A DNA stretch of 63,091 bases, filler included, from Octopus bimaculoides (GCF_001194135.2; 5 parts of 5 records of this genome joined end to end with filler, not necessarily neighbours in it); one strand, 5' to 3'. Positions 1-13,310 are shown, counted from the first letter of the whole stretch. Made by a program: numbers and translations. Notes: generated by a model from the letters alone, not told the origin.

Positions 1-54
<54 letters not shown>

Positions 55-349
55 ACATTAATATTTATTCGCCATATTAAGGCAGTAATTTTTCATTGCT
101 CTATAAACGCACATTCTTTTAATATAATTGCATTTCATCCTATAGCTTTATTTCATGTTTTCCACTACTGATATTTGTGCTTACTTCAAGCTGCATATCT
201 TGCTAGCACTCTTCTTATATGCATGCCATATCTATTACTTAAACATATACACTATAGGAATATATGATACAATGATATCAAAATCAAAGTAAAATATGCT
301 GTCATAAAGAGAGAACGTTCACACTAGTATATATATATATATCTTTTAC

Positions 350-745
350 TTCTTTTTGTTTCAGTCATTAGATCGTGGCCATGCTGGGGCACTGCTTTGA
401 AGAAATTTTAGTCAAATGAACTGATTGCAGTACTAAATTTTTTTTTTAAAATCTACCACTATTGGACTGTTTTCCCGAACTGCTAAGTTATGGGGGCCTA
501 AACACACCAACACCAGTTGTCAAGTTGTGGTGGTGAGGACAAACAGACACAAAATCATACACACACACTTAGATATGTATATATACATATATATGATGGG
601 CTTCTTTCAGTTTTCATATTCCATATCCATTCAAGGCTTTGGTCAGTCCAAGGCTATAGTAGAAAGCACTTGCCCAAGGTACCATGCAGTGGGACTGAAC
701 CATGGACCATGTGGTTGGGAAGCAATCTTCTTACCACACAGTCAG
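350..745 (-). mobile_element. tRNA-derived SINE family A/B, full-length and CpG-decayed (tRNA-like head, internal TA/CA microsatellite, body)
   Basis: Same composite layout as copies at 25160-25525, 48765-49140 and 61935-62320. Reverse strand carries the B-box-like GGTTCAGTCCC. Confidence 0.8.
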
Positions 746-895
746 GCCTTCAATATTTTGGCATATTCAAAAAATATTTTAAACTGAAAATGACTTTAAA
801 AATATGGTAAATATCTAGTAAAAGATCTGTTTTTAACCTCAGTGTGAAATAATTTACTTTCATAGGTTTTTCCAAGTGCATTCAACGTATCTCAC

Positions 896-1051
896 CTCCA
901 AAGATTTGGCTGATATTTCTAGCACGCCCTGCTACCACGTAACAGCTATTTGCAATAAAAGACCATGTAACAGCCAAATCTTTCCTTTTCTGGGGAAAGG
1001 AGCCGTTTACATGTGATTTCGATGTCACATTTGTTGAAAACGTGAAATAAT
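896..1051 (-). CDS. Candidate internal exon of an unidentified gene (156 nt, phase 1-1): (D)YFTFSTNVTSKSHVNGSFPQKRKDLAVTWSFIANSCYVVAGRARNISQIFG
   Basis: Strong acceptor tttttttctcttttccag and donor GAG|gtgaga. Only one frame is open, length is a multiple of 3, and the sequence is non-repetitive. No family recognised. Confidence 0.5.
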
Positions 1052-1142
1052 CTGGAAAAGAGAAAAAAAACCCATGAAACAAAACTCCATTGTAGGGAAA
1101 CTCAGACTTACCCAGTGACCCTATGGGCCATGGGTAGTCTAG

Positions 1143-1181
<39 letters not shown>

Positions 1182-1814
1182 ATATGTATGCATACATATA
1201 TATTCTGGGTTACAGATTTCTGATCACTCATTTGGTAATTTGAGACTGTTTTCCTTTGAAAAATCTGTTGTTTGAATACATTTTGAAATATTACATGAAT
1301 GTTATGAAGAAAATGATTATTTTGATATTTTTCTGTTTTTGGAAAAAAAAATATACCTTGCAAGTGACATGTGCAAAAATAACTCTTTCAAGTTCATATT
1401 TTTCATTTCATTTCTGGCTTTCATGGGAATACTTCAAATGTTTTATGCTTCATACAAGCAGAGTTTCACTAATGATTTTTCTCACGAAATTATGTTGTTG
1501 TTTATATATTTTGAAGTAATATTTACAAAACGATGTACAAACGTGCATGCATTTTGTGTATGTGTTTTCTTCATAACTTTCATATAATATTTCAAAATAT
1601 ATTCAAGGAACTGATATTTCAAGGCTAAACAGGCACAGATTACCCACTGCATATTCAGAAATGGGTAACTTGGAGTAACTAGGAGTACAGGAATTACAAG
1701 GCTTCATTGAATAATACTCTTTACATACGTATTCTTTGTGAATCAACAAGTATATATATGAACAGGTATATATATGTATATAGGCATATAATAATAAATA
1801 AATGCACTCTTTTA

Positions 1815-2045
1815 AAGCCTAGCCAGGTTCATGAGCCCGGTTTCCTAGTTTCAATGGCATATGCGTTCTCCAGCTAGATGGGACACCAGTCCATCACAGC
1901 GTTACTCATTTCTGCCAGCTGAGTGGACTGGAACAACATGATATGAAGTGTTTTGCTCAAGAACACAACACATCGGCCGGGCCAGGAATCAAGACCACAA
2001 TCATCATGGTGCTGACACCCTAACCACTAAGCCATGCACCTCCAC
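1815..2045 (-). mobile_element. tRNA-derived SINE family E
   Basis: gctgagtggactggaacaacatgatatgaagtgttttgctcaagaacacaac core, shared with 59415-59680 and more loosely with 51880-52170. Confidence 0.7.
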
Positions 2046-2052
2046 ACACACA

Positions 2053-2106
<54 letters not shown>

Positions 2107-3004
2107 TATAGGGTAAATTCTTTATAAGAATTTATCAAGTAGCCAGCTTGAAAAAACCTCATAACGAAAAATTGCGTAATGAAAAGATTCATCGTTTCTC
2201 CATAGATATATTTAAATATATATAAAGGGCATTAACTGTGTATTAATACCTCACGCTATCGAGGGACTAAATAAGTAAAAAAACTACCAAAAATAAGTAA
2301 CATATTTACCGACAGTGAGGGAATGCAACNNNNNNNNNNNNNNNNNNNNNNNNNNNNNNNNNNNNNNNNNNNNNNNNNNNNNNNNNNNNNNNNNNNNNNN
2401 NNNNNNNNNNNNNNNNNNNNNNNNNNNNNNNNNNNNNNNNNNNNNNNNNNNNNNNNNNNNNNNNNNNNNNNNNNNNNNNNNNNNNNNNNNNNNNNNNNNN
2501 NNNNNNNNNNNNNNNNNNNNNNNNNNNNNNNNNNNNNNNNNNNNNNNNNNNNNNNNNNNNNNNNNNNNNNNNNNNNNNNNNNNNNNNNNNNNNNNNNNNN
2601 NNNNNNNNNNNNNNNNNNNNNNNNNNNNNNNNNNNNNNNNNNNNNNNNNNNNNNNNNNNNNNNNNNNNNNNNNNNNNNNNNNNNNNNNNNNNNNNNNNNN
2701 NNNNNNNNNNNNNNNNNNNNNNNNNNNNNNNNNNNNNNNNNNNNNNNNNNNNNNNNNNNNNNNNNNNNNNNNNNNNNNNNNNNNNNNNNNNNNNNNNNNN
2801 NNNNNNNNNNNNNNNNNNNNNNNNNNNNNNNNNNNNNNNNNNNNNNNNNNNNNNNNNNNNNNNNNNNNNNNNNNNNNNNNNNNNNNNNNNNNNNNNNNNN
2901 NNNNNNATATATATATTAATCAAAGTGTACCGTATTATGTATACATTATGACCAATCTTACCAATTGGTTTCATACTCGGGGTTAGATAACAGCCCAGTT
3001 ATAT

Positions 3005-3150
3005 GCAAAAGGCTTCTACTAAATCCACTTTCAAAGATTTGGTTGGCCTGAGGCTTTAGTAGAAAACACTTTCCCAAGGTGCCACATAGTAGAACTGAAT
3101 CTGGACCCAAGTGGTTGGGAAGCAAACTTCTTACCATGCAGCCGTGTTTG
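3005..3150 (-). mobile_element. SINE family A head, decayed
   Basis: Matches the aaggctttggtcggcc...gggaagcaagcttcttacc consensus seen elsewhere in the window. Confidence 0.75.
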
Positions 3151-3659
3151 TACCTATACGTATACACACACACATATATATATTTATATATATATATACA
3201 TATATACATATATATATGTATGTATATGCATGTATGTGTGTGCATCTTTGTATGAGTGGCTGAGTGGCTATGTTCAAGTTTTTATTTAGGTTTATCTATT
3301 TATATATTTATTTATTTATGTCCTGCAATTTAGCAGGAGCAGCTTGGCAAGTAAGATGTCGATAAAATGACAGAAATCACTAAAAAAATAAAAGAGTTAA
3401 AAGACTGTGAATAATTCTAGAATTACATTGTTTTACTGTTGTGGCCTTACAGTGCGTGATGTGTTATAGCACTAAAGCTTGTAACACAATTTTGGTTTAT
3501 ACTTCATAATGTTATTCAGCCATAGAAACTATGTCAAACCTAATAATACTAGAGCTGGATATAGGCCTGCAGTTTGTCCAGCCCCTGTCAGTATAGAAAA
3601 CAGATGTTACATGATGATGTGTCATGGTTGTAGAATTTAAATTGTGTTCTAAACTTGTT

Positions 3660-3960
3660 GCAGCTGGTGTCATGTAAAGAGCACCCAGTACTCTCTGTAA
3701 AGTGGTTGGCATTAGGAAGGGCATCCATCCGTAGCAACCAAGTTAAAGCACCCAGTACCCTCTGTAAAGTGGTTGGCAATAGGAAGAGCATCCATCCGTA
3801 GCAACCAAGTTAAAGCAATCAGTACCCTCTGTAAAGTGGTTGGCACCCAGTTGTAGAAACGAAGCCAAAATAGACTATGGAACTTAGTGCGGTGCCTGAT
3901 CTTGGCAGTTCCTCCCAAGCCATCAAAGCCAAGCCAGCATGAAAAACAGGCAGGAAAGGA
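3660..3960 (+). repeat. Repeat family D copy containing ~2.5 tandem 67-bp units
   Basis: gcacccagtaccctctgtaaagtggttggc recurs at 3681, 3748 and 3815. Monomeric copies lie at 4745-4950 and 10390-10610. Confidence 0.8.
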
Positions 3961-4744
3961 TGAAGGAATAATTCTGGAATCTTGTAGCTTGGCTATGACA
4001 TCACATAATGAGATTCTGTTATATAATTCATCCCCAGTGACACATTTCTGAAATAACATTGTTTAACATGATTTAAAGTTGGTTTTGTATGATTCTGTTG
4101 CATAGTTACATTGTGCTGACGTTCTTTTTTTCAATGAATTGTACAATTCACATCATGTGAACCACTTGTTGAATTACATTATGGTATTCTCTCATATAAT
4201 TACATATTGTGACACAGCTCTTAAAATTCGCAATCAACAATAAAACAGGCCTAAAGTAATAACTACATAGTATGTTGGGAGTTTAAAAAAAAGGTAAAGT
4301 AAAATAGAGTAAAACAATATTATAAACCTACTGAAAAGATGCCTTGAAACTCATAAAAAAAAAACAAAATATAAGATTATAACTCTTTTGCCACCATATT
4401 TCAATTGAAATACATTGTTTTGGTTCAAGTAGTTTTTAAAGTAATGTAAAAGTTAGTTAAAGGATCTCTTAATTATTCAGCTGATATTTAAAGCATAAAT
4501 TAACACAAACATTTTAAGGAAGGCTTTAATTAAGATTAATTAAAGCAAGAAGTTTATATCATATAACAAGGGAGCAGTGGCATTCAGGCTGATATCAAAA
4601 GGGTTGTCATGGAAACAGGAAGAAGGAAGAAAGTTCTTCTATGTGATAGATGTTTGGAGAAAGATACCATGAGAGTGGATACTCTTCTTACAAGGGTAAG
4701 GGACAACAACAGTAAAAGAATGAGGATTAATAGAGAGAACCTGA

Positions 4745-4950
4745 TCTCACAGATCCATGGGTGCTAGTGCCATGTAAAAAAAGCACCTGACCTGGTGCCA
4801 CGTAAATGCACCCTGTACACTCTGTAAAGTGGTTGGCATGAGGAAGGGCATTCAGCCATAGAAACCATGCTGAACCAGACATGGAGCCTGAGTAGCTTTT
4901 CTGCTGGCTTGCCCCTGTCAGATTATGCAACTGATGCTAGAATGGGAAAT
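4745..4950 (+). mobile_element. Repeat family D (SINE-like)
   Basis: ctctgtaaagtggttggcatgaggaagggcattcagcc core. Confidence 0.7.
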
Positions 4951-4989
4951 GGATGTTTAGTAATAATAATAATCATAATAATAATAATT

Positions 4990-5220
4990 GTTTCTACTAA
5001 AGTCACAAGGCCTGAAGTTTTGGGGGAGGGGACTAGTCGATTACATTGACCCCAGTGTTTCATTGGTATTCAATTTATCGATCCCAAAAGGAAGAAAGGC
5101 AAAGTCGGCCTTATTGGAATTTGAACTCAGAATGTAAAGACGAACAAAATATCACTAAGCATTTCATCCAGCATGCTAACAATTCTGCCAGCTCATTGCC
5201 TTAATAATAATAATAATAAT

Positions 5221-5304
<84 letters not shown>

Positions 5305-5390
5305 AATAATAATCCATTCTACTAAAGACACAAGGCCTGAAATTTGGGGGTAGGGAACTAATTAATTACATTGACCCTAATGTTTCACTG
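4990..5390 (-). mobile_element. tRNA-derived SINE family C plus a partial second copy, separated by (AAT)n/(AAC)n
   Basis: acaaggcctgaa...attacattgacccca...ggaatttgaactcagaa. Reverse strand has the B-box-like GAGTTCAAATTCC. Confidence 0.8.
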
Positions 5391-5937
5391 GACTGCTGCT
5401 CCCAGCTATGGTCACCCCACAGTGTAAAATTTACAGTGGATTTTGAATGAGAACGAATGGGTGATAGATGATTAAGGAAGGAAGGGGTGATGTCTTTTTT
5501 TTTTTTGTAGTGTTTCAGATATTTGTTTTTCAATTTCAGATGGGGTTTTTTCTTTTGGTTTTTAAATTTTGTGTAATATTTCACATTGAGGTTGAGGTAT
5601 TTAATGTTTTTCAGTTATTATTTTTTTGCTGTTTTTGACCTTTGAAGATTTAAAAGATTTTTTACCTATTTTTTTATCTCTTGTAATTTTTGTTTTATTT
5701 TTTATGCTTGTTTCTGTTGTTTTGCATCTTTGTTCAGTTAGTATTTGGGTTTATTTTTTGTTTTGGTTGCATCTTGGTTGTGTTTTTTTTTTGTTGGTCA
5801 GTTATTTTTAGCATTTTGATAGAAAAAAGTCATTCTAAAATTGTTTTTTAATGTAAGCGTGCCCAAATAAATCAAATGCTTACACAGAGCAGGTTTTACA
5901 TCCAAACCAACCAAGTAAAACCGGTCTTAACTGCTAG

Positions 5938-6001
<64 letters not shown>

Positions 6002-6529
6002 TTAGTATTTAACTGAAGCAACAGAATGACTCAAGGTCCGAGAGTTTTATGAATTGATGCTTATCAAACATTGATAAGTGCCAATGCATGAAACTCGGAT
6101 CATGAGTCACTCTGTTGATTCCACTAAATATTAAGAAATATATATATATATTCTCGTATTTTGAGACTTGTTCTTCCTGTTTGCACCACCATTCCTGTAT
6201 ATTTATAAACATGTATATCAAAAGAGGAGGCAGAGTAAAGAGGGAGAGGATGAGTGAGTGAGAGAGAGAGAGAGAGAGAGAGAGATGTGTAAGAATCAAG
6301 GTGTTGAGGCTGCAAAGAGAAGCATATGGTGATCAGCTGGCATTGGTCAAAAAGGGGAGATAATCAACAAAGAACAATGGAAAATTAAAATTTTTCCATG
6401 CCATTTATGGACATTTTAATTTGCCAGGTCACTGAGTTTGTCAGTTTGCATTCTTACTGTACAACACAGATTACCACCACCCATAGGATAGGCATAGAGA
6501 AAAACATCTTGTTTTTACTCTGAACACAA

Positions 6530-6690
6530 GCATGGCTGTGTGGTAAGAAGTTTGCTTCCCAACCATATAGTTCCAGGTTCAGTCCCACTGCATGGCACCT
6601 TGAGCAAATGTCTACTAATAAAGCCTCAAGTCGACCAAAGCCATGTGAGTATGTTTGGTAGACAGAAACTGAAAGAAGCCCATTGTATAT
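6530..6690 (+). mobile_element. SINE family A head
   Basis: ggctgtgtggtaagaagtttgcttcccaacc...ggttcagtcccactg (A-box- and B-box-like motifs). Confidence 0.8.
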
Positions 6691-6736
6691 ATATGTGTGC
6701 ATATATATATATTAATATATATGTGTATATATATAT

Positions 6737-6965
6737 ATATGAAGAATAATAATAAATGGAGCAAATCACGTATAAACAAAAGTTCCTTTAATTCCTACAT
6801 ATGTTTCAAAATATATGTGCACTCTACTCCAAAGAAGTAAGATGTGCAATTCCAGCACCTCTTACTTCTTTGGAGTAGAGTGCACATATATTTTGAAACA
6901 TATGTAGGAATTAAAGGAACTTTTGTTTATACGTCTTTTGCTCCATTTATTATTATTCTTCATAT
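6737..6965. repeat. Near-perfect fold-back palindrome (~110-bp arms, ~7-nt loop)
   Basis: Left arm gaagaataataataaatggagc...ccaaagaagtaaga is the reverse complement of the right arm tcttacttctttgg...gctccatttattattattcttc. Loop is aattcca. Confidence 0.95.
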
Positions 6966-7129
6966 CTACTCAAATTACATCACTTTGACTTGGTATTTCT
7001 ACCTATAAAACGGGTGTGATATCCTGTTTTTTTTTGTGTGATTTTTGCTACCCATGATGGTAACTATTTACATATTTACATTGTCAAAGTTTTTTTAAAC
7101 CGAGATAATATTAATATATACATAAATTA

Positions 7130-7170
<41 letters not shown>

Positions 7171-9142
7171 AATATAAATGATACAGAATTGGACAAGAAC
7201 TCAAAACATCCAGACAGTCAGGTGATACAAGAAAGGGACAAAACATACAGATAGACGATACAAAAAAAAAACACAGACAGGTCATTCGGAGTTTTCTTTC
7301 TTCAGTCGAGATCCAATTTATCCTTGCAATTTCAGCTGTATGTATATACATACCTGTGTTTGTCTGCTCTACCAGTGCATGACAACCAGTGTTAGTATAT
7401 TTACTTCGCCGTAAATTAATGGTCTGGCCAAAAAAAAGAACATAAGTCTTGCGGTTGAGTTGTTCAGCAAAAACCCTACAAGGTCACAGTGCCCCAGTAT
7501 GGTTGCAATTAAATAGCTAAAACAAATAAAAGATAAACAAAAAATTGAAACAAATAAATGTGTGCTAGCAATTCTGCCAGCTTGCAGCCTTTTTTGAGTC
7601 TAATATTGTTAATTCTAATAGTAATCCTTGAATTTGGCTGTTTCTCTCAGATATACTAGTCTTGTCTTTCTTTTAAGCTAGGGAAGCCCAGGTGAGAAAA
7701 ACTTTCTTAATATCTGCGACTAAATATGTGCAAATTAATACATGCAACTTAATATGTGCAACTTAATATGACCAAATAAAGTGGCTTGAATTAGTCCTGG
7801 CTCAGATAATTTTTCTTTTTTTTTTGCAAATCTTCAGAAATGATGTGTGGCAAAGCATTCTGAACCAACTTTTTATATTTCACTTGCATGAAGGATCCTA
7901 TTTAATATAGAAAATTTCCTCGTAGCAAACTAATTCTTTCCAACTTTGGGACTGTGAATATAATGAGCATTTTCAAGGAAAATGCAAAGAGGTAACAAAA
8001 AAAAAAAATGATAGAAAAGAAAAGAAAAAATCTATAAGAAAAGAGCAACTTTTTGAACTGTATTTATGAAAAGAGAAGAAGTGGAAAGAAAGATTTTGTT
8101 CATGCTGATCTTCTTGTAGAATAATTGACAGTAGGCTTGGCCAGAGATGTAAAAGATGGACAATTGTTAGTGATTATTGCCAGGAGCACCTTCAAATAGC
8201 TTTTAATGAGATATGTAACATTAGGAGAGTTACCAAGAAAATACAACTAAATCATTTGGATTAAAATATGGTGTATAATGTATAGGATACCTGACTAATG
8301 ACTAATTACAATAATTGTTCATATGCCATGTGTAAAAGTTGTTGTTTGTCTCCAGGTCAGCTCAAACCGAGATGACCTATTTATCAAGTGTTCCAGCTTT
8401 GACAACTTCATCTTATTTCCAGGCAATGTATCCTCCTTCCTGTAATCTTTATGCCTTTATGTTGCCATTTACGATCACAACATGTGGTCTCTTCCCATTA
8501 AACTTGAAAGGAATGGTTGTATTTGCAACATTTTATTTTTCCAAGACCTCCAACGATGGTGAAAATAAGAGAATTTACCTTGAAACTAAAGGCCTTGCTT
8601 TGCCTGAATGCTTTCAACAGAACGAACTTTCCTAAAGCACTCAAGGACCTGGCATTGGTCAAAAAGTGGAGATAATCAACAAAGAACACTGGAAAATTTT
8701 GAAAAATTTTCCATGCTATTAGTGGACATTTTAATTTGCCATGTCACTCAGTTTGTCAGTTTGCATTCTTACTGTACAGCATAGATTACCATCATCCATA
8801 GGCACAGAGAAAAACATCTAAAGGCACTCAAGGACCAGATAATGTTATTAAACTGGATGACAGATTGAACCTGCCACACAAGAATTCAGAAAGCAGAGAG
8901 GAGTGACAAATCCTGCTAAGCATCTCTTCAGGTGCTCTAACATTACTTCTGGTTCACAACCCTGATATGATGAAAATAGGCTGTCATTCTTGCAGGCTGA
9001 GTTGCTATGTGAATACTAGGTTGTTACTCACCACAACACTGCTGGTAAAAATATTGGCTAATCATCAGGCAGCATATCTTCACAAACTGTTCAAAGTGAA
9101 AGTCTTTTTTTAAAGTCTGTGCTGAAAAATATACAGGGAAAC

Positions 9143-9179
<37 letters not shown>

Positions 9180-9202
9180 AACACAAAACATAACATATAC
9201 GT

Positions 9203-9650
9203 AAAGATGTGAAGCCAGAGAAAGTCCCTGGTCCATCAGAAATCACTGCTGAGATGCTTAAAATATCTGGTAAAGTAGGACATATCCTGTCACCCACATA
9301 GTTAATCAGATTGTCTACAAGGAAGTCATACCCAACGGTTGGTGTTACAGCATTATAGTCAACTGCTACAAAGCCAAAGGTGATGTGTTAGACAAAAATA
9401 ATTACAGAAGCATTAAATTGCTGGACCAGGTGATGAAAGTCACAGAAAGAGTCATTGTTCAATTAATTAAGAAGAGAGTTAGTGTGGATGAGATGCAGTT
9501 CAGATTTGTGCCAGGCTGACACTATATTCCTTGTTTGGTAACTGCAGGAGAAATATTTAGCCAAAAATAAACCTCTGTACTTGGCTTTAGTTGACATGGA
9601 GAAAGCCTTTGACAGTGTCTCTCATTTCATTATTTTTTTGGTCAATGCAG
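9203..9650 (+). mobile_element. RTE-clade LINE reverse transcriptase fragment (frameshifted)
   Basis: Translates to KVPGPSEITAEMLK...NYRSIKLLDQVMKVTERV...DEMQFRFVPG...LYLALVDMEKAFDSV (RT motifs). Confidence 0.85.
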
Positions 9651-10389
9651 AATAACAAAAGTAGGCAGGTCAGCTTATTAGATGTATTGTAATAATATAC
9701 TAAAATTACAATAATGTAGGACAATGGTATCTGCCTTTCTTAGAAAAGTTTCAAAACTTCTGGTGTGGACCTCATAGCAGGTTGTGAGAAGCAGTGTTTA
9801 CTAGGGTGTGTTCAAAGTGCTGTTAAAGTTGTCTCCTTGAATCTGGAATAACAAAAGTTGGCTGGTCAGTTTATTAGATGTACAGAAATGATATACTAAA
9901 ATTACAATAATCTAGAACAGTTCTAACTGCCTCTCCCAGAAAAATCTCAAATGTTCAGGAATGCAAATTTTATCAAAATAACTCAAAGAAAGAAAAGACC
10001 AAATAATATTCAGACGGTCCTTATAAGGTGTGATCTTATCAAAGTAGGATGCAGAAGGGTTATAGACAAGCCACTCTGCAGAGTCTATAACATGCTGGGC
10101 ATTACAAGACTGATTAGTGTGTGGGCCAACAAGTTGGCTATTGTGCTTATGGATCAGGTGGGAACCCTGAAGTGGGATGAGCTACCTGAAGTAGTGTTAA
10201 CTGAATACAAGATGGGAGTTGATCAAGATTAGCTGGGATGTCTAAGTAAGGATGCCCAATTGTCAAAAGATCTTAATCAGACAATTACACCAGCAAACAT
10301 TACTGATAATGTGTCCAGCTGCATTACAAGACGTACTTGAGAAGATATGTCAGGCCAAGTAAAATCACTGCCATCCATACATACAAGCT

Positions 10390-10610
10390 TGTCTTTTACA
10401 GGTGCCATGTGACATGCATTCATGCCAGTGCTGTGTAAATGCATTTGTGCTGGTGACACATAAGAAGCACCCAACACACTCTGTAAAGTGGTTGGCATTA
10501 GGAAGAGAATCCAGCTGCAGAAACCATTCCACTACAGACAGTTTGAAATCTGGACAGCTCTCCAGCTGGTCAGCTCCATGCCAGCAGTGGATGCTAAATG
10601 ATGATGATGA
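10390..10610 (+). mobile_element. Repeat family D (SINE-like)
   Basis: gcacccaacacactctgtaaagtggttggcattaggaagagaatccagc followed by a (GAT)n tail. Confidence 0.7.
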
Positions 10611-10789
10611 TGATGGTATGAAAACACTATACATGTGTGTATGTTAATATTTGTTTTTGCTTGGATTACTCGTTGGCTGGATGAACCAGTTGTGGTGATG
10701 GTATGTAATATGTGTGTGGCACAAGTTCAATATCTGACCAATATAGCAGAGAAAATCTTTAAATGGTCAAACTATTTAAAAATAAGGTG

Positions 10790-11250
10790 GTGAACTGACA
10801 GAATCATTAGCACACAGCAAAATGCTTAGCAACATTTTGTCTGTGTTTACATTCTGAGTTCAAATTCCAACAAGGTTAACTTTGCCTGTGTTTCTTTCGG
10901 GGTCGATAAAATAAGTACCAGCTGAATACTGGGGTCAGTGTAATTGACTTATCCCCTCCCCTGAAATTGCTGGCCTTGTGGAAAAACTTGAATCCAGTAT
11001 TTGTGTCCGTGTCAATATTTACCATAATTAGTCGGTGAGCTGGCAGAAACGTTAGCATACCGGGCAAAATGCTAAGTGTCATTTCGTCTGTCTTTACGTT
11101 CTGAGTTCAAATTCCACCAAGGTCAACTTTGCCTTTCATCCTTTCAAGGTTGATAAATTAAGTATCAGTTGCATACTGGGGTTGATCTACTTGACTGGAC
11201 CCCTGCACCAAAATTTCGGGCCTTGTGCCTAGAGTAGAAAAGAATATTTA
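10790..11250 (+). mobile_element. Two tandem SINE family C copies
   Basis: Two ctgagttcaaattcca...gataaa.taagta...actgggg units. Confidence 0.8.
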
Positions 11251-12063
11251 CCAGAATAAACTGGTACCATGTTTCCTTTATAGCAAAGATTACCAAGCTA
11301 TTTGTTAAGCAGAGAATGTTAAAATTTGTACGAAACTGAAATAAGTATTGGAATCGATGTGATTGGCTAAAACCTTTAAAGTCAGATCTTCGGCATGGCT
11401 GCAGTCTAATGACTGAAACCATTGAAAGAATGGAAGAATTTAAGTTATCCATGGCTACCAGAGATTGAAAACCATCTCAGGTGTCTAGAGTAAATATTTA
11501 TGTTTTTTTTTGAGACAACTCAATCACTAAACTAAACAATGGAAAAGAAACAGTATGATATAGTTTATACTGTATTTACCTATAACTACACTATAATAGA
11601 TCCACTGTCCATGTAATCTGAGGTTTTGATCTGTGTCAGCAGTATTGTAAATCTTGAACAAAATTTATTGGCAAAACCAAACAAAAAATAAAACAGAATT
11701 AGAAAAAGCAACGGTAAAAAAAAAATTGAATGCGCTGTGAAGAAAAAAATTATTCGGATATATTGACTCTAACCTTTGTCTTTCATCATTTCGACTCCAA
11801 ACTTTATGCATTGGACACATGTATGTGTGTGTGTGTGTGTGTTTGTGCTTGTGCTTGTGACTGTCTTGAAATACTAAAAGACATGTAAGTAGGCAGCAAG
11901 AGAAAGTATCATAGAAGAATGAGATCAGGTGTGGATAGCAAATAAGAAGTGGCGAGTCTTTGTATTCTAAGGAGAGTTGCTATCATTTACATTTAGTGAT
12001 AATCAGTTTGGTCATGTGAAAGAAAGAATTTGAGCATTTACTTAGCTGCCGCCACCTCCACCA

Positions 12064-12094
<31 letters not shown>

Positions 12095-12682
12095 TGTGCT
12101 GAGTGTATTTTAATGCTGGTGTAGTTCAGCTTTATTTTCATAAATTTGTTTAGAAACCTGTTTGTTTCCTTTTATGCTTAAAGCTAATATTTCAACAGTC
12201 TCACTTAATATATATCATTTCAAACCTTATCGATGTTAGATGGACAAAATTTACTTATAAACTTTTATATTTTGTGTTCAAATCCTGCTGAGGTAAAGTT
12301 TGCTTTTCTATCTTCCAGTGGTTGATAAAACTAAGTATTTGTCTTTTTCTGATTTATATTCTTACAATTCTTCCTACATATTGATGAAATTATAATAGAA
12401 GACATGACAAATTTTCTACAGTATAGTTATATCTCAGATATCTATCATCTACAACCAGTTCCTCACATATGCTTACGACATGTTGTATAACATACATAAA
12501 AACCATATGCTGTGTGTGATATAACATAGACATATGTTATATTAATGATATATAACTATTCATATCTTTTGCAGCTTTGTCCTCCAAGGACATGGTGAAG
12601 GATTAAGGGATTTCTTGAAGCATTACTATTAATAAAAATAATAATAATAATAATAACAATAATAATAATAATAATAATAATA

Positions 12683-13105
12683 ACAAAAACACCAGGACTT
12701 ACAAATATATATAACATACAGAAAATTGCACTACTGGGTACTGCACACATTCTACGCAAAACACTTTCAATACAGTAAACATAAGAGCACCACAGCAAAC
12801 CACAACACATACCCAAGGCGCACAGAGCTGCGCTCGGTAGTGAAGTGAAAGCACGTTATAAAAATAAAACTACTGAATAATAATAATAATAATAAAATTC
12901 AGATAAATACATAATAAAAACACCAGCACTAACAAGTGTATATAACATACAGAAAATATCACTACTAGGCACTACATCCTACATATAACATTTTCAATAC
13001 AGTAAAAATGAGAGCATCACAACAAACCACAGCACATACTCAAGGCACACAGAGCTGCGCTCAGTAGTACAGTGAAAGCATGTGATAAAAATAAGACTAC
13101 TGAAT
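12683..13105 (+). mobile_element. Two tandem 3' ends of an R4/Dong-like RLE LINE, each with an (AAT)n tail
   Basis: C-terminus TPGLTNIYNIQKIALLGTAHILRKTLSIQ* followed by a 3' UTR. The second copy (from ~12915) is more diverged. Confidence 0.8.
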
Positions 13106-13119
13106 AATAATAATATAAT

Positions 13120-13310
13120 AATCCTGGAGGAGGGCGATAATCATTTACATTGCTCCCGGTGCTCAACCAGCCCTTATTTCATTGACCTCGGAAAGACGAA
13201 AAGCCAAAGTCAACCTCAGTAGAATTTGAACTCAGAATGTAAAATCAGATGAAATGCTGCTATGCATTTTGTCTGACATGTTAATGATTCTGACAGCTCA
13301 TCACTTTAAT
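13120..13310 (-). mobile_element. SINE family C, decayed
   Basis: aagtcaacctcagtagaatttgaactcagaatgtaaaa core. Confidence 0.7.
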
